From Basidiobolus meristosporus CBS 931.73 (lineage: Eukaryota; Fungi; Basidiobolomycota), in the NCBI GenBank assembly GCA_002104905.1, contig MCFE01000155.1:87762-151761 (forward strand): a stretch of DNA of 64,000 nucleotides, given 5' to 3'. The position numbers and the translations under genes are program-made. This document shows positions 24,050-36,300 of the stretch, one piece after another (positions within the stretch are counted from its first letter, which is position 1; each line of letters begins with the position of its first letter). The notes below the pieces were generated by a model, which was not told the origin of the DNA, made no database searches, and worked only from the letters and a program-made list of their open reading frames with translations.

Positions 24050-27000
24050 CAAACAAGTTGTATCACTGATAGCCTGGGATTCGGCTCAACAAGGTATTGG
24101 GTATCCCGATGGAGCGGGTCAGAGGAAGCCTAGTGAAATAACAAGCTCCAACAAGGAGAGGTGGTCAATGGAGCCGGAGGTGGACCCGAAATATAGGCGG
24201 GTGGTGGGATCAAACTAGCAGAGGTTGCAGGATCAGTAGTAATGAGTAAAGGTGTGCTACACGTAACCAATTAGAGAATCGTAAGTTGGAATCATTCACG
24301 AAAATGCAGAAGTCTTTGACACAGCGACAGCATGAGATCATCTGGGATTTATAAATGTTATTCCAAGATCAGGCGCGGATGCTGGGTGGCCTACATTGAT
24401 TTAGGGATGAAGACAGGTGACTCCTTAAAGTGTTTATAATTAAATTTCCACATTCCCTGAAGCGTTCCGAAATATTATTGGTCTTGTTGGATTCTGTTAA
24501 TCCGGTTCGCATTTATTGACACGAAAACCTCGGGGTCAGTTAATGATTTTCGACAACAGTATGCACCTGGCGCGCAGAGTTCAGGATATGCAACTTCATG
24601 CACCTAGACCCTCATGATGTAGCTGGAGTATTGTTCACCATGCCAGCCTCTGATGTCGGCAATGATAGGCCATATACATCTAATTTGTGCTGAATGCCAA
24701 GCGAGCCGACCATAGGGGCTTTCGAGCGGCCGATGAACACTCATACGATGCTATCTGATGGAAACATGCGTAGACAATGAGCATGAACAAAGTCTAGAAA
24801 CCGTGGTTTACCTTGGGGCCGACCTTGGTTAAATTGCATAAGATTCGTATATTGAAATTGCGACACAAAAGCCTATCGGATTAAGGGGCTCCTTATTTTC
24901 TTCAGATTAAATCCATCTGTAATTCAATTTCTGATCTGTTCATGTTCTCAGGGTGAATGCCCGTATGGGGCCCGACAACAGCCCGAATGACTGATCACTA
25001 TTCATGCCGAATTACTTATCATATCTTTGGTCGTTATATTCCTGCGCTAATTAGCCATGAACCAAGTCACTGATTCAATCTCAGCACTTGCTCATTCCCG
25101 CCCGATATTAGTCTCACGCTTCATCCAAGCTCGACGATACGCCAAGCGGAGGTCTAGATTGTTCATCATGGAAGTACCTGCGTCCCGTATTTCTCTGTGT
25201 GCCGCTCTTCCTTTCGGAAAGGTATAGCGCATCGTCGAAGATTTTGTCTAAGGGGCGGGCCCCATACTCAATACCAGCACTGCATTGCTTCGGGTAACTT
25301 AGGAAGAGGGTTGAATGAACGAAACTAGATTCGATTCTTGTCTGAACAGCAAGAGTCTCCAGAATTCGCATTTCTATTCTTGTTTGTTATACTCTGCCCG
25401 CTTTAAACTGCAGATAAACATCCGCAAGGCGTCTGATTGAATCCTGAACTCTTCATGCCCCTACGAGGATTCCTTGTCAAAGATTTGAGACAAATCCTAC
25501 GAATCAGCCACTCAAGCATCGCAACGTCGATAAGCTAGGTTTGGCGGGCGAGACACTTCTAGGAGTTTCTTATTGATTGACTCCTTGACTTACCTTGAAT
25601 GGGCGACAGATAAGGATACATTCGACGCCGCATATGGGAAGCAGTCAAGACTAAAAAGAGAGAGAGAGATGTGACACTCGCAAAGTGAGAATTTAATCAG
25701 ATGCATCTGGGAATCGAGCATCTTCGGTAAGATTGAATCACTCCATTTCATTTAGGCAACAAAATATTACAAACTTCTTTAAAGCGAGTATCATATTCGG
25801 ACTGAACAATAAATCGGCCGGTGAAGATGCAGAGGAATGCATGGGATGCCCATAAGCCGCGAGCCAAGACAGTACAACGGTATGCCTTAGGAGGGGATTC
25901 TAATAATAGGAAGGTTGCGGAGTCCGAATCAAAGCTCCAGAGAGATGGTTCGGCTTGTTGCTTTGGATTGTGCCACCGTACTTCAGCGCTCAGTGAGCCC
26001 ATCTCAACAGGGTATTCTTTGAGCTGGATATACGCTCAAAGTAGACACGTTTCGGAATTTCTGGGGCTTCTCCAGAAATAGACAACGTCGCATCCAGAGT
26101 AATTAAAGCAGTTCTAGATGAGCCGTGATGATCATACATACTCCTGCAGTAATCTTTGATGTTTCTCTAGAAACGACAAGAAGCGTCGTTTCTGAGTGTA
26201 CTTGAAGAATGCGGCTAGTGTAAGGTTAGACTCAAGTATCAAGTACATATTAGTATTCAGCAAAGCGAATCGTTGCGATCTCCGAAGCAATTCATTTCGA
26301 ACTGCATCTGAAACTAAAGCAGTGATTCATTTGAAGTGATTTGGACTTTCTGGACAACGGTCTATTTGGAGATGGGTGGCTTGCGGACAGTGACAGCACT
26401 GCGGGTTTCATAGCTTTGTTACGTCGGCGGAGCTGGATATTTTGTGACAGATGAAAAGGGATATATTACCTTGGCATTTCGTTGTATCGGCACTGCAGCA
26501 TGTAGCAGAGAATAATCATACTCGGAATCTGTCTCAAGCTGATGGGATAGCCGTAAGTGTAGAAGAACAATGTGTCGATGTCTCTCAAAACTGGATAATC
26601 AAGCGAGATTGAATGCCCAATTAGTCCAAACGTTCTCTTAGTCAGGCTTTGATTCCATATCCCTGGCGTGACTTAAGCCTTGGGGGTTCATTGGAATGGT
26701 GGTTAGATAGTCTCATCCGTTCGTTTATATCTTTCTATTTTAGTGTGCATCACAGTAGATGCTAGACCACGGAAGGTCTTCTTTCTTTTGGCACAGCATA
26801 CGTCAACAATCGTATGTATTGCATCTTTTGGGTCTTATTAGGTGTTTCATGTCTACACTAAGATGCTCTTTAGCCTAGTTGATGGAAATGGCAATTGGAT
26901 CAAGTATTATATCACTTCACAATTGTTTGTCCAAGGTTACAGCGGTATAATTACACCTGGGTGAGATGTCGAAGGCCAGGTATAGGATATGTATCATTCC

Positions 27001-28205
27001 TGGGCACATATTAGCTTTTCATCTATATCAGCTTATCCTCAACCCTTCTTGAATTTGGTAGCATTATTCTCTGGAACCAAAATAGATTGCACGGAGAGGC
27101 AGTACTCGATAGCATGGTGATTCGGAAACTTATCTAGATGAATTCAATGCCTCACGTCTGAACCCATAGCTACTGAATTGCTTGTATACCTCAATGACCG
27201 AACCATATATCGGATAAGGAATGGGTATTTATAAGATGTGATGACGTACAATGATCTACACTCATGCATAGGTGGCTAGCCATTCCATATCCCGAGCAGC
27301 CTGCAGCAACACTGTTGTCGCGGCAGGCAGTGTTTAGAAGGCGCCAAGTACTATTGATATGATAAATCCTGTTCAACAGCCTCAGCTGACACCTAGGTAT
27401 TGTCTTGTTGAAGCATCCGGATATATGGACGAGCTGAGTAACCAAGCTATATATTCTATCAGATATTTATCACGGCTCGGATGCCCCTTAGTATAATAGG
27501 ATGGGACACATCAATGTATATTTATATACCGTCAGTTTCCCGGCAACAGCTCATGAAACAAGTGATATTGCTGCCCGGAGGCCCTACCAACTATCGCAAA
27601 AGTGTCAAGCCACCAGTTTGAACCTTCAGCGCTACATTCACCACTGATATGGAGAAATTAATCCTATTCTAAGACGACTTTGAACCAATGCCGTGCATGA
27701 ACGCTGCAAATACACCACGAAACATACAAGGAGGAAATCTTCAGGGTTGGGCCAGAGCACAAATATCGATGAGTGGAGGAATAAGGAGGGCATTTAACAA
27801 TAAAAGCAAAATCAGCAGTGAATTGAGCATTTTTACGTAAGCTCAAATTAATACTTTCCAGGCTGCGATTTCGTCTATTAGGATATATCTATCACAACGA
27901 GGCGCTGTAGCCGTTGCCCCTTTCAGAGTCAGAGCAAATATACCATGCTTGTAATCTATGTTTCTGAGGCTGCTAGTTCATCAAAATATATTTATTAATT
28001 TTCAGCTGGCGCCTAGCAATTTCAGAAAACAATTTAGGCCAATGGACTCCAGCCTCTCTCATAAAGCCCTATTCTCAGGCCTGGCTCATACAATATTGGT
28101 GTTCATTCCCGTCTGAATACATCGTATCAACAGAATTGAACTTTGGAGGCTTTGTCTGCCCAGTATACAGCCATGTGCATCATAAATAAAGTTCTACTAT
28201 AGTTA

Positions 28206-28903
28206 TCATATAAGGTGAATGTACAACTGTACTACAGTTGATGATACAGCAATTAAGTACTGGGCTAGTGATAGGATATTCAAGCTGATGGAGTGTCCCG
28301 TGGATGAGTTGTCGCCTCTACGATTATTACTTGCGGTATTGTTGCCAAAATGGTCCATATTGTTTCTGCTATTTTGGTCGGTGTTCCAAGAGCTCTCGGG
28401 AGTACCGGTAGGCAAGACATTATTTCCGGGATTCATTGGATCGATTATTCCAGTAGGTAGTCCGGCAGATGCTTGGATTTGAAAGTATGAGCTATATACT
28501 ATGAATGTTCCTTTGCTCATTCGTATGAAGTAGTCCGACCCCTGAGCAGACGTTGCTGGAATAAGCCAGCGGTAGAACCCACTCCTCGTATCAACATTGT
28601 TTTGGATTCCTGTAACCAACTGGCCGTTGTTGTTCGCACCAAACATCAGCGCCAGGTCAACAATAGGAGGGCTTATTCTAATGCCTGTATCGTTCCTGGA
28701 GCAGTAAATGAGACCCATTCAGTACAAGACACAACAGCTAGCCCGTAACATCTAAAGAACAGCAAGATATATACATACCAAGTGATTAATTTTTCAGACC
28801 CAGCCTCCCATATTGCATTGGCTGGGCTTGTGAATACAATATCACACTCTACAGCCTGATAAAGAGCCAATGCCCAAAGAACTCTCCAGAAGAAGCCACG
28901 CAT
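28206..28903 (-). CDS. Secreted, probably GPI-anchored Kre9/Knh1-like Ig-fold cell-surface protein (~204 aa)
   Basis: Exon 1 is 28903-28779 (signal peptide, DIVFTSPANAIWEAGSEKLITW) and the intron splits the Trp codon. Exon 2 is 28695-28206 (GFYRWLIP...GSDYFIRM...YSSYFQI, Asn/Ser/Thr-rich stalk, hydrophobic C-terminus). Confidence 0.82.
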
Positions 28904-30201
28904 CGCGAATATTGGCGCTACCACTATTCTGCCTGCTCTTTATATTGGTCATGCACTTGAAGATTTTCGAATATGTTTGGACCACCCCTAACTAATCGCG
29001 AGTATTCAAATGTTTCGCACAGTTATTTACTGTTAACGGAAAAGTCTGCCATTGGTCAGTTAGTGCGTCTATAACAGGATGTTTGCTTCTAAAGTTATGT
29101 GGAGCACTGTGAAGTAAGGGCTGGTTTTTCACCATCTGCACTAGAGGTACACCTCCCTTGGGCCATGTCGCTATTGTTTAAAACTACTATTCCCTTTCTG
29201 ATCTTATGCATACTGCATCCAACATGGTCAATTTGATGCATTTGCATCTATGTGCTGCGTATTACCTGCTGTTTTGTGCCACTTGATAAAGCCAGGCTCG
29301 GTGAGCAGCTATATTGGTACGCTCGAACGTCTGCGATCTCACGATCAACCCCATCGGCGAAAGAAGTATGACAATACCCGATATACATATATATTACCAC
29401 CTGATAGAAGTATCTTACGTTACCGATCTGCAGGTATGTGACTGTTATTGTACTTCAGTCGGTCCTTCTAAACTTCTACCGCTGTGCAGTAAAACCAACT
29501 CACTACATAGCCATACCCTTACGCTGAGCACTTTATTCAGTATCCTCCACTGTTTTATCGCAACAAGTGGAAATCCCTGATCATCTGATCGCACCAGTTA
29601 GATAGCATTCCCAACTACGCTGCGCTACATGTAAATCAATTTTTCTTGGTCAGTTCACCTTGCAATCCATTTGAATATCTATAACGGCTCGAGGCAAGAA
29701 GCCAAGTTTGGAATTGAATGGATCGCTCTTGGGGTTGATTGATAGAATTCACACCCAACAGCAATAGTGCATAAAGGGCTGCATCTCACATCTCTTGTGC
29801 ATATGTATATCAATGCGCTCCCTAGATGTAAGACGGCCGCAGTGCATTATATGACTGCTTCAGTGATCTTTTTGCTATCTTTAATAACCACAAACTTCCT
29901 ATCTATGGTAACCTAAAATGGTACTGCGGATGGCATGGATTATGAACATTGACCACCCTGTGTTGAAGATTTTCATCATGATTCCCAATCCAGATTGAAT
30001 TCAAATCATTCATGCGTCCGAGATCGCATACACATTGTATAAATTCAGTCGAAAATTTTCAAAGTGCCTTTCATGATGTTGGTCTTAATCGAGTAAATGA
30101 TTATCAATCATGACCAAAACTTGGTCTAAATTGTAATGGGTATTAACGTTGCAACCTTTGTAATTGATCTTTCCATAGTAAATGTGTGAGCCTTGTTAGC
30201 C

Positions 30202-30714
30202 ATGAACCTCCTCCGTTCTCAAAGCCTTCTTTCCGTTTTGAAATGCCGGGTATTGCCACTTCCCACCTCTCACTCTGCCGTAAGATCCGTTCGTCTTTAC
30301 AGTAACCAACCTTCCTCAGCTCCGAATAAAGGCCGTGGGTGGCGTAAATATGCCTATCGCTTTCGCTCCCAACCAGTAAGCCACCTGGTCTCTTTTGGAA
30401 TCCTCCATGAAATCACGGCGATTCTCCCAATCGTTGTGGTCTACTACTTTATCGATGCGACCGGCCTTGAAATCCCGGTTCCGGAGGTAGCTTTGGAACA
30501 GAGCAATCGGTTCTTTTCCAAATTGCGAAGTTACGTTGGCTTGGATCCTTTGGCCAGTGATTCCAGAGTGGCCCTTAATCTGGCGGCGTCTTACGGGATC
30601 ACAAAATCGATTATGCCACTTAGAATCGCCGCCTGCTTCGCACTCACTCCCTGGTTTGCTAGACGGGTGATTCAGCCCTGCACAAACGTCGCCAAGTGGA
30701 TAAAAAAGAACTGA
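30202..30714 (+). CDS. MRX11: Mitochondrial FLILHELTA-domain (Mrx11-like) membrane protein
   Basis: Basic presequence, SFGILHEITAILP signature and YGITKSIMPLRIAACFALTPWFAR. Confidence 0.82.
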   Translation: MNLLRSQSLLSVLKCRVLPLPTSHSAVRSVRLYSNQPSSAPNKGRGWRKYAYRFRSQPVSHLVSFGILHEITAILPIVVVYYFIDATGLEIPVPEVALEQSNRFFSKLRSYVGLDPLASDSRVALNLAASYGITKSIMPLRIAACFALTPWFARRVIQPCTNVAKWIKKN

Positions 30715-30945
30715 ATGGGGGTGTAAGAGCATATGTAATTTATTTCGGTGAGTTCGCCGAGATGGTGTAGCTGAACGACCTTGTCCTTGCTAACAAAATG
30801 CATAAACCCTTTGGTTAAAATCTTGCTTGATTTTGTGTTATCTGTAGTATCTTATCTCGAAGCGCAATTTTATTTTGTATATATACAATATTTCACTGGG
30901 CGAACGAGTCTAGAGAGTGTCGAATGAGCCCAAGCTCATAGTTTG

Positions 30946-32058
30946 TCAAGCGGTTTTGGGCCGCAAGTACCTCGCAGGATCAAATCTTGAAATATCTATA
31001 GAGGTTGTTTTTCCGTGTACTAGTAGCTCTGCCATTGCTAGTCCAGTAGCTGGCGCATACAATATACCCCAGCAGCTATGACCAGCTGCAATGTATAAAT
31101 TGTTAATCTCAGGAACGGCACCAATAATAGGTGGACCGTGCCAAGTTTGGGGAAGATAGCAGGCCTGCTCCCTTTCTAGAACTGCTTCGTCTAAGGCAGC
31201 AGAGAGTATACCAGCGCGAGTTTTCAGGCGCATACAAGCATCATGATCTGGTAAGATATCTGAGGGGTCTTCGGGAAGCGGGACTTTATCAATCTCTCCA
31301 CACATGTAGACTCTGTTATCAGGGCGTGGATAGATCTCTGGTTCAGTTCCGTCTGACAAGGATAAGAACAAAGCGTGGCCGGAGATAGGCTTCTCTGGCA
31401 CCATTACAATGCTGTGTGCCCTCTCACCGTCAATCGGTATATCAAAAGGCATCCAGTTTGAGCAAAATTTGGTCCATGGTCCCATCGCAAGGATAACCAC
31501 ATCTGCAGCTATAATCGTTCCATCTACAAATACTCCTTGAGCGTTTCCTGACGAATCGTACTTTATACCTTCTACACGCCCGTGTTGCAGTTTAGCACCG
31601 CGTGTCTCAGCCTCTTGCCACAGTGTATGAGTAAAGTAGTATGGATGCACCTGCGCTGTAGTTGCTTGGCCGCCAAGGATACTTGAGCTTTTTATTACAC
31701 TTCCGTTCAGCCAAGGTAAAGGCGATTCCTTGGTACCCTTGTCGCTTAAGGAGGCGGCTACAGACAAGGCCTCTAGACGACGATATCCATATCTCTCACC
31801 CCCATTCAACTTGTTCGCCAAATCGATGTGTAGGTTGAAGCTTTCCCGCGCTAGCTTATCTGTCGTGCTACCTTCGCACCAATCTAGGGCTAGAAATCCT
31901 CCAGCTTTACCCGAAGCACCACATGCTAGGGATTCTCGCTCAATTAGACATATCTCGAAATTTGTGGAATCCAACGCGCTGAGGTAATAAGCAATGGAAG
32001 CGCCAATCACACCACCCCCACATATAACTACTTTGCGACGGTTCGCGGTATCGCTCAT
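30946..32058 (-). CDS. TDA3: FAD-dependent oxidoreductase (DAO family), Tda3-like
   Basis: Intronless. Contains ICGGGVIGASIAYYL (GxGxxG), ACGASGKAGGFLALDWC, TAQVHPYYFT and IAAGHSCWGILYAPATG. Confidence 0.85.
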   Translation of the reverse strand: MSDTANRRKVVICGGGVIGASIAYYLSALDSTNFEICLIERESLACGASGKAGGFLALDWCEGSTTDKLARESFNLHIDLANKLNGGERYGYRRLEALSVAASLSDKGTKESPLPWLNGSVIKSSSILGGQATTAQVHPYYFTHTLWQEAETRGAKLQHGRVEGIKYDSSGNAQGVFVDGTIIAADVVILAMGPWTKFCSNWMPFDIPIDGERAHSIVMVPEKPISGHALFLSLSDGTEPEIYPRPDNRVYMCGEIDKVPLPEDPSDILPDHDACMRLKTRAGILSAALDEAVLEREQACYLPQTWHGPPIIGAVPEINNLYIAAGHSCWGILYAPATGLAMAELLVHGKTTSIDISRFDPARYLRPKTA

Positions 32059-33356
32059 ACTAAATGGACCGTTCTTGGAGTAGGTTAGATAAGCTCAATG
32101 GTAAGGGTGAAAAGAGAATGAACAAAGCTTTAGTCAACTATACGAAACAAAACAAAAATGAACACTTCCTAATTAGTAAGCTCTAAACACCATATCATCA
32201 TAGTATTTGGAAAACCCAAATGTTTTAATGAGAGTCACAGATTCATCTCGCTCTAGACATCTGCGGAACCTTTCGAAGATCAAATTACGTAAGATCACGG
32301 TGGCTAATCTTGAAGCAGCAAAAATATAAATAGTATTCCAGATTTTTAATACTATCTGAATGTAACTAGTACAGAACAATCAATTTTCCATGAACTCTGA
32401 GCGCAGGACACTATTGGCCTTCGCCGGCCTGGAATTTCAAAAGCCTGAAGGTCTGACTTCATCTATACTCATGTGAATCAATCACAGCAATGCAAGTGGG
32501 CAGAGAGATTGCTCCAGCAACAAGCGGGTAGCAAGGATCAGTGCCGTAACTGTAGTTATGCATTTCTGTAAACATACTCCAGAGTAAATCTCCTTCCAGG
32601 CGCAAAGTCTCCTTGGATTGTTACCAAGCAGGCCTTTCCAGCAAACCCGTTTTCACCATCTTGATTCATATGTTGTGCGTCTGAGATGGCATTCGAATTA
32701 GTACATTTTTGGAACCTTACCTTACCAGATGGGCTATCATTGTGCCGTGATGGCATAAAGGCAAATCACCACCTGGCACTGAATCATCTTATTCAGGCAT
32801 CTAAACTACTATTTTTATACTGGTGCCTATTTTGTAGGCTTCCTTTGAATGAGAGAGTCACCCAAGTGGCCGGAATGCTTCCGCAAATAATACCAGGTTC
32901 GTAGTGCCGTCGATAAATCGAGTGCTGCAGTTTTATCCAAAGAAACATGATGTTTGACTGAGGTTGGTGTTGGTACTGGCGCTGGTGTTGTTGTTGGCTA
33001 AGTATAGTCGCCACGTATAGTATTGTGGTGATGCATTGATGAGTCCTGGTGAACACGTTGGGCTTGTGTGCGTCCTATGGCTCGATTATTAACTTTATTA
33101 AATACCATGCAATTAATTCATCTACTTTGCTGGATACGATATGTTTGTTTTGATAGCCCGCGAAGCCAGTGAGAAACACGTACCCCGCTGTGGACTACAA
33201 ACGCAGAGACACAAATATCAATCGTAACTGCTGTAGGTGGAGTTATGCACATTCTAATCAGATCAGGGAAGAATACTATTTGAGAGCAAATACACAAATA
33301 TACATGTTGGATTTCAATCATTATTGACCAGCAAGGATTCAGGCCTCAAGGCGGAT

Positions 33357-36300
33357 CTAATCTAAAGACCTTCTCTCTACGGTGTATTGGTTGAATGTGT
33401 TTTCTAACTTGTGATAGAACTCAGTTCGATCTTTCTCGTTGGCAATTGGAATGAAGAACGATGGAGGGTCGCTTAGTTGCTTGGTTCGAACCAGATTAAT
33501 CCCGGTAGCACTTATGATTGGCGTTTGGAGGTCTTGAGGTTGCGAAGTTGGTTAACGAGCGGGCTTACCCCAGGAAATTAAGAATTGGCTTACCTTCAAA
33601 GGATACTACGAAATCGGAGATTGTCTTCTTGATTCTAACCACCATGACATATGAGTAACTAAGAAGGGCTATTCTATCGGTGCCGCGCAATTCCAAATGT
33701 GCGATATAGGTCTCGTTAAAGTACGATCCATTGTCGACCTCCTTAAGCCAATACTGCCCTTGCGCCTCAATCGGATCATAGCGCTGTGAAAACGTCGGTC
33801 AAAACTACGCAGGGCTACTGATCAATTTGCCAAAACTTACTCTTAAAATCCCATCTCGTCCTACGTAACGTGGAAGTCGAATACGCTCACTCTGGTTCTG
33901 ATCGAATAGAATGGTAGTGTTGCGAATACCTAAAGATGCTTCCGGTTTAGTTGGGTTCAATGCAAAGACAAAAAGAGTACTAATATTCACCCTCTGTCAC
34001 ATTGTTTGCCATATCGAATACGCCGACAACTGGCTTGGTCACAACCCTGTTCAATAAATATACAGTTACCACAAGTATTTTGCAGAATGTCAAAGACGCG
34101 ATACCTACCCTACTAGGCCTTTGCCGATCCCTCTGAAAAATCCACCCAAGCCACCCTTCTCTGCTCCAGCGATAGGTTGTGTCTAGGACTTTCGGTTAAA
34201 CAAGTATGATGTGATCAATCCCTCTTATTAGAATCTTACCACTAAACCAGAGATACCGCTAGCAAAGCTAGTCGCCAAAGAAGATGCTCCTCTAGTTACT
34301 CCATTAAAGGCGTGTCTAGGTTTGTTGCGCGTTCGAGTCATCCGCCGTTTATCTTGGAACGCTTGATCAAGTGTGGCGACAGATAGTCCTTTACCAACGC
34401 TATCGGTGAATTTGGAGAAGCTATCTGAGAAACCGTAAATCATTTTCGATAGGAAGCTGGCTGCACCCTAGGCGGTTGTGTCGCTGTTAGGCATCGGCAT
34501 GTATATACGGACTGACAAATGCGCTTACTTTCGCCAGGCCAATTCCTAAATCTTGTGCCCTATCATTCATAATAAATCCTTGATAGGGCTCATAGAAAAA
34601 GTCAATCACTCCAGAGCTGACGGTGTTGAAAAGCTTCACCGGGTTTCCTAAGAAGTCCACAGAGCCTACGACTTTGTGTACCTATGTCACATTGTTAGCA
34701 AGCACACAGAAATTCGACAATGTACGTAGCGATAGTGAATTAACACTAACCTGATAGAAAACCTCTTGTGAATAGTGCTTGCTAAAACGATCTATCAAAA
34801 CTGGATACGAAACCATAACGTTGTGCATGACCAGAGCATTCAGCTTGATCGGTGCAGCCTAGAGGAAGCCGTGTTAGAGGATGGGACATCTGGCACGAAT
34901 TTGAAGAGTAGTACATCGATGTTTCCTATGGTCATCGTCAACACATTAACAATATACATCAACGGGTTGTAGGATCGGGGCCTTGGGTACGTTGTTAAGA
35001 ATAATAAAGTAAATGGTAGCTTGAGATGAGCGGGGCATATGATAAAGGATACGTGGTTCTCCCTTGATTGATAACCGCTGTTCTCGAAAACGAGAGGTTG
35101 ATCTTTAAAGGCTGGATATGGATCACCTCAAAGTATAGCTGCGTATCGCCCTCGGTCAAAGCGGGCTCAGGAATATCCATACTCTCATCTCCAATATACC
35201 TGGGTGGAAGCTTAGAAGATGTTCTCAATGTATGTAGGGTTAGAACGTGTTACCCTTGGTTTTCAAATCCCCAGCCTGGAACGTTGAATTTACTGAAATC
35301 CAGTAGAGTCATCAAGAAGTCCTCATCAACATCGAAAGATACCTCTTGCAGCCAGACAGTGATGTATTTGTACCATTCCACTCCGTGAGAGGTGTCCTTA
35401 GCTTTGACAACTGCTGCACGGAATGTGGGCTTGATTTCCACATCCTTACCTAGCTTCGAGTTCAATGTGGGATATAGGATGATGGGCTTCAATCCTTCAT
35501 ACGACTGATTGTCTATTTGTAGCCATTTGATCATGAAATTCATCGATGTTTGGTATGTAGAGTCGCTGTAATTCAGCTCAATTCCTCGGAAGGTAGAGTA
35601 TATTATCTCTCGAACATGCCTGTTTAAGAATGAGATTCCAATTCCCTCCAGTTTGATCTTTAAAGAGAAGGTGATGATTGAGTCCATGTCAATCACCTCG
35701 AAGTCCGCATCTTGGACCGAGCTATTGGTAGTGCCAGGAGTGGCAGGTTTGTAAATACTCTCTGATTGGTCGTATTTAGATAAATGCACCACGATCACCG
35801 GGCCTTCAGCAACTATGTCTATTGCCATGATGCCCCGTCCATCGGCGGTCTTGTAGTTTAGCGGTATGAGGGGTCCGATTTCGCACAGAGTGATCTCCCG
35901 TTCAAATCCATTGACGTTGAGAACCAAGGACTTTTGTTTGCTGGCAGGATAGTCCCAGGAATAAGCCATAGTATCCCCAGAGCCTAGTTTGTACCGGATT
36001 TGCTTGGTTCTCTCCAGAGTAGGACTGGGTTGAGGGGACGACAGCTCGCGCAGTGGCATGATTGGCTGATAAAGTAGAATGGTGGCGCCTGATTCATTCT
36101 CAATCCTGAACGGCCACTTTCCTTCTTCCTTTTTAAACAGAATGAATATAGTGGGACCTTCAAGATGAATATCCACACGAACAAGGTCCCGGCGAATTCC
36201 AGGCTTCCGTATTTTGATAAAGATTTTCCCAACATCCTCGATGTTGAAAGGTGCCGACCACTCCTTGTTGAAGCTTGGGAAATTGATCATCAGCTGCTTT

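Noticed and set aside
32200-33060. Possible small spliced gene between TDA3 and VPS13 (GTAAGG and GTATGT donors, Gln-rich ORF)
   Set aside because: Every exon combination I tried hit stops, needed an implausibly short intron or gave an unrecognisable peptide.
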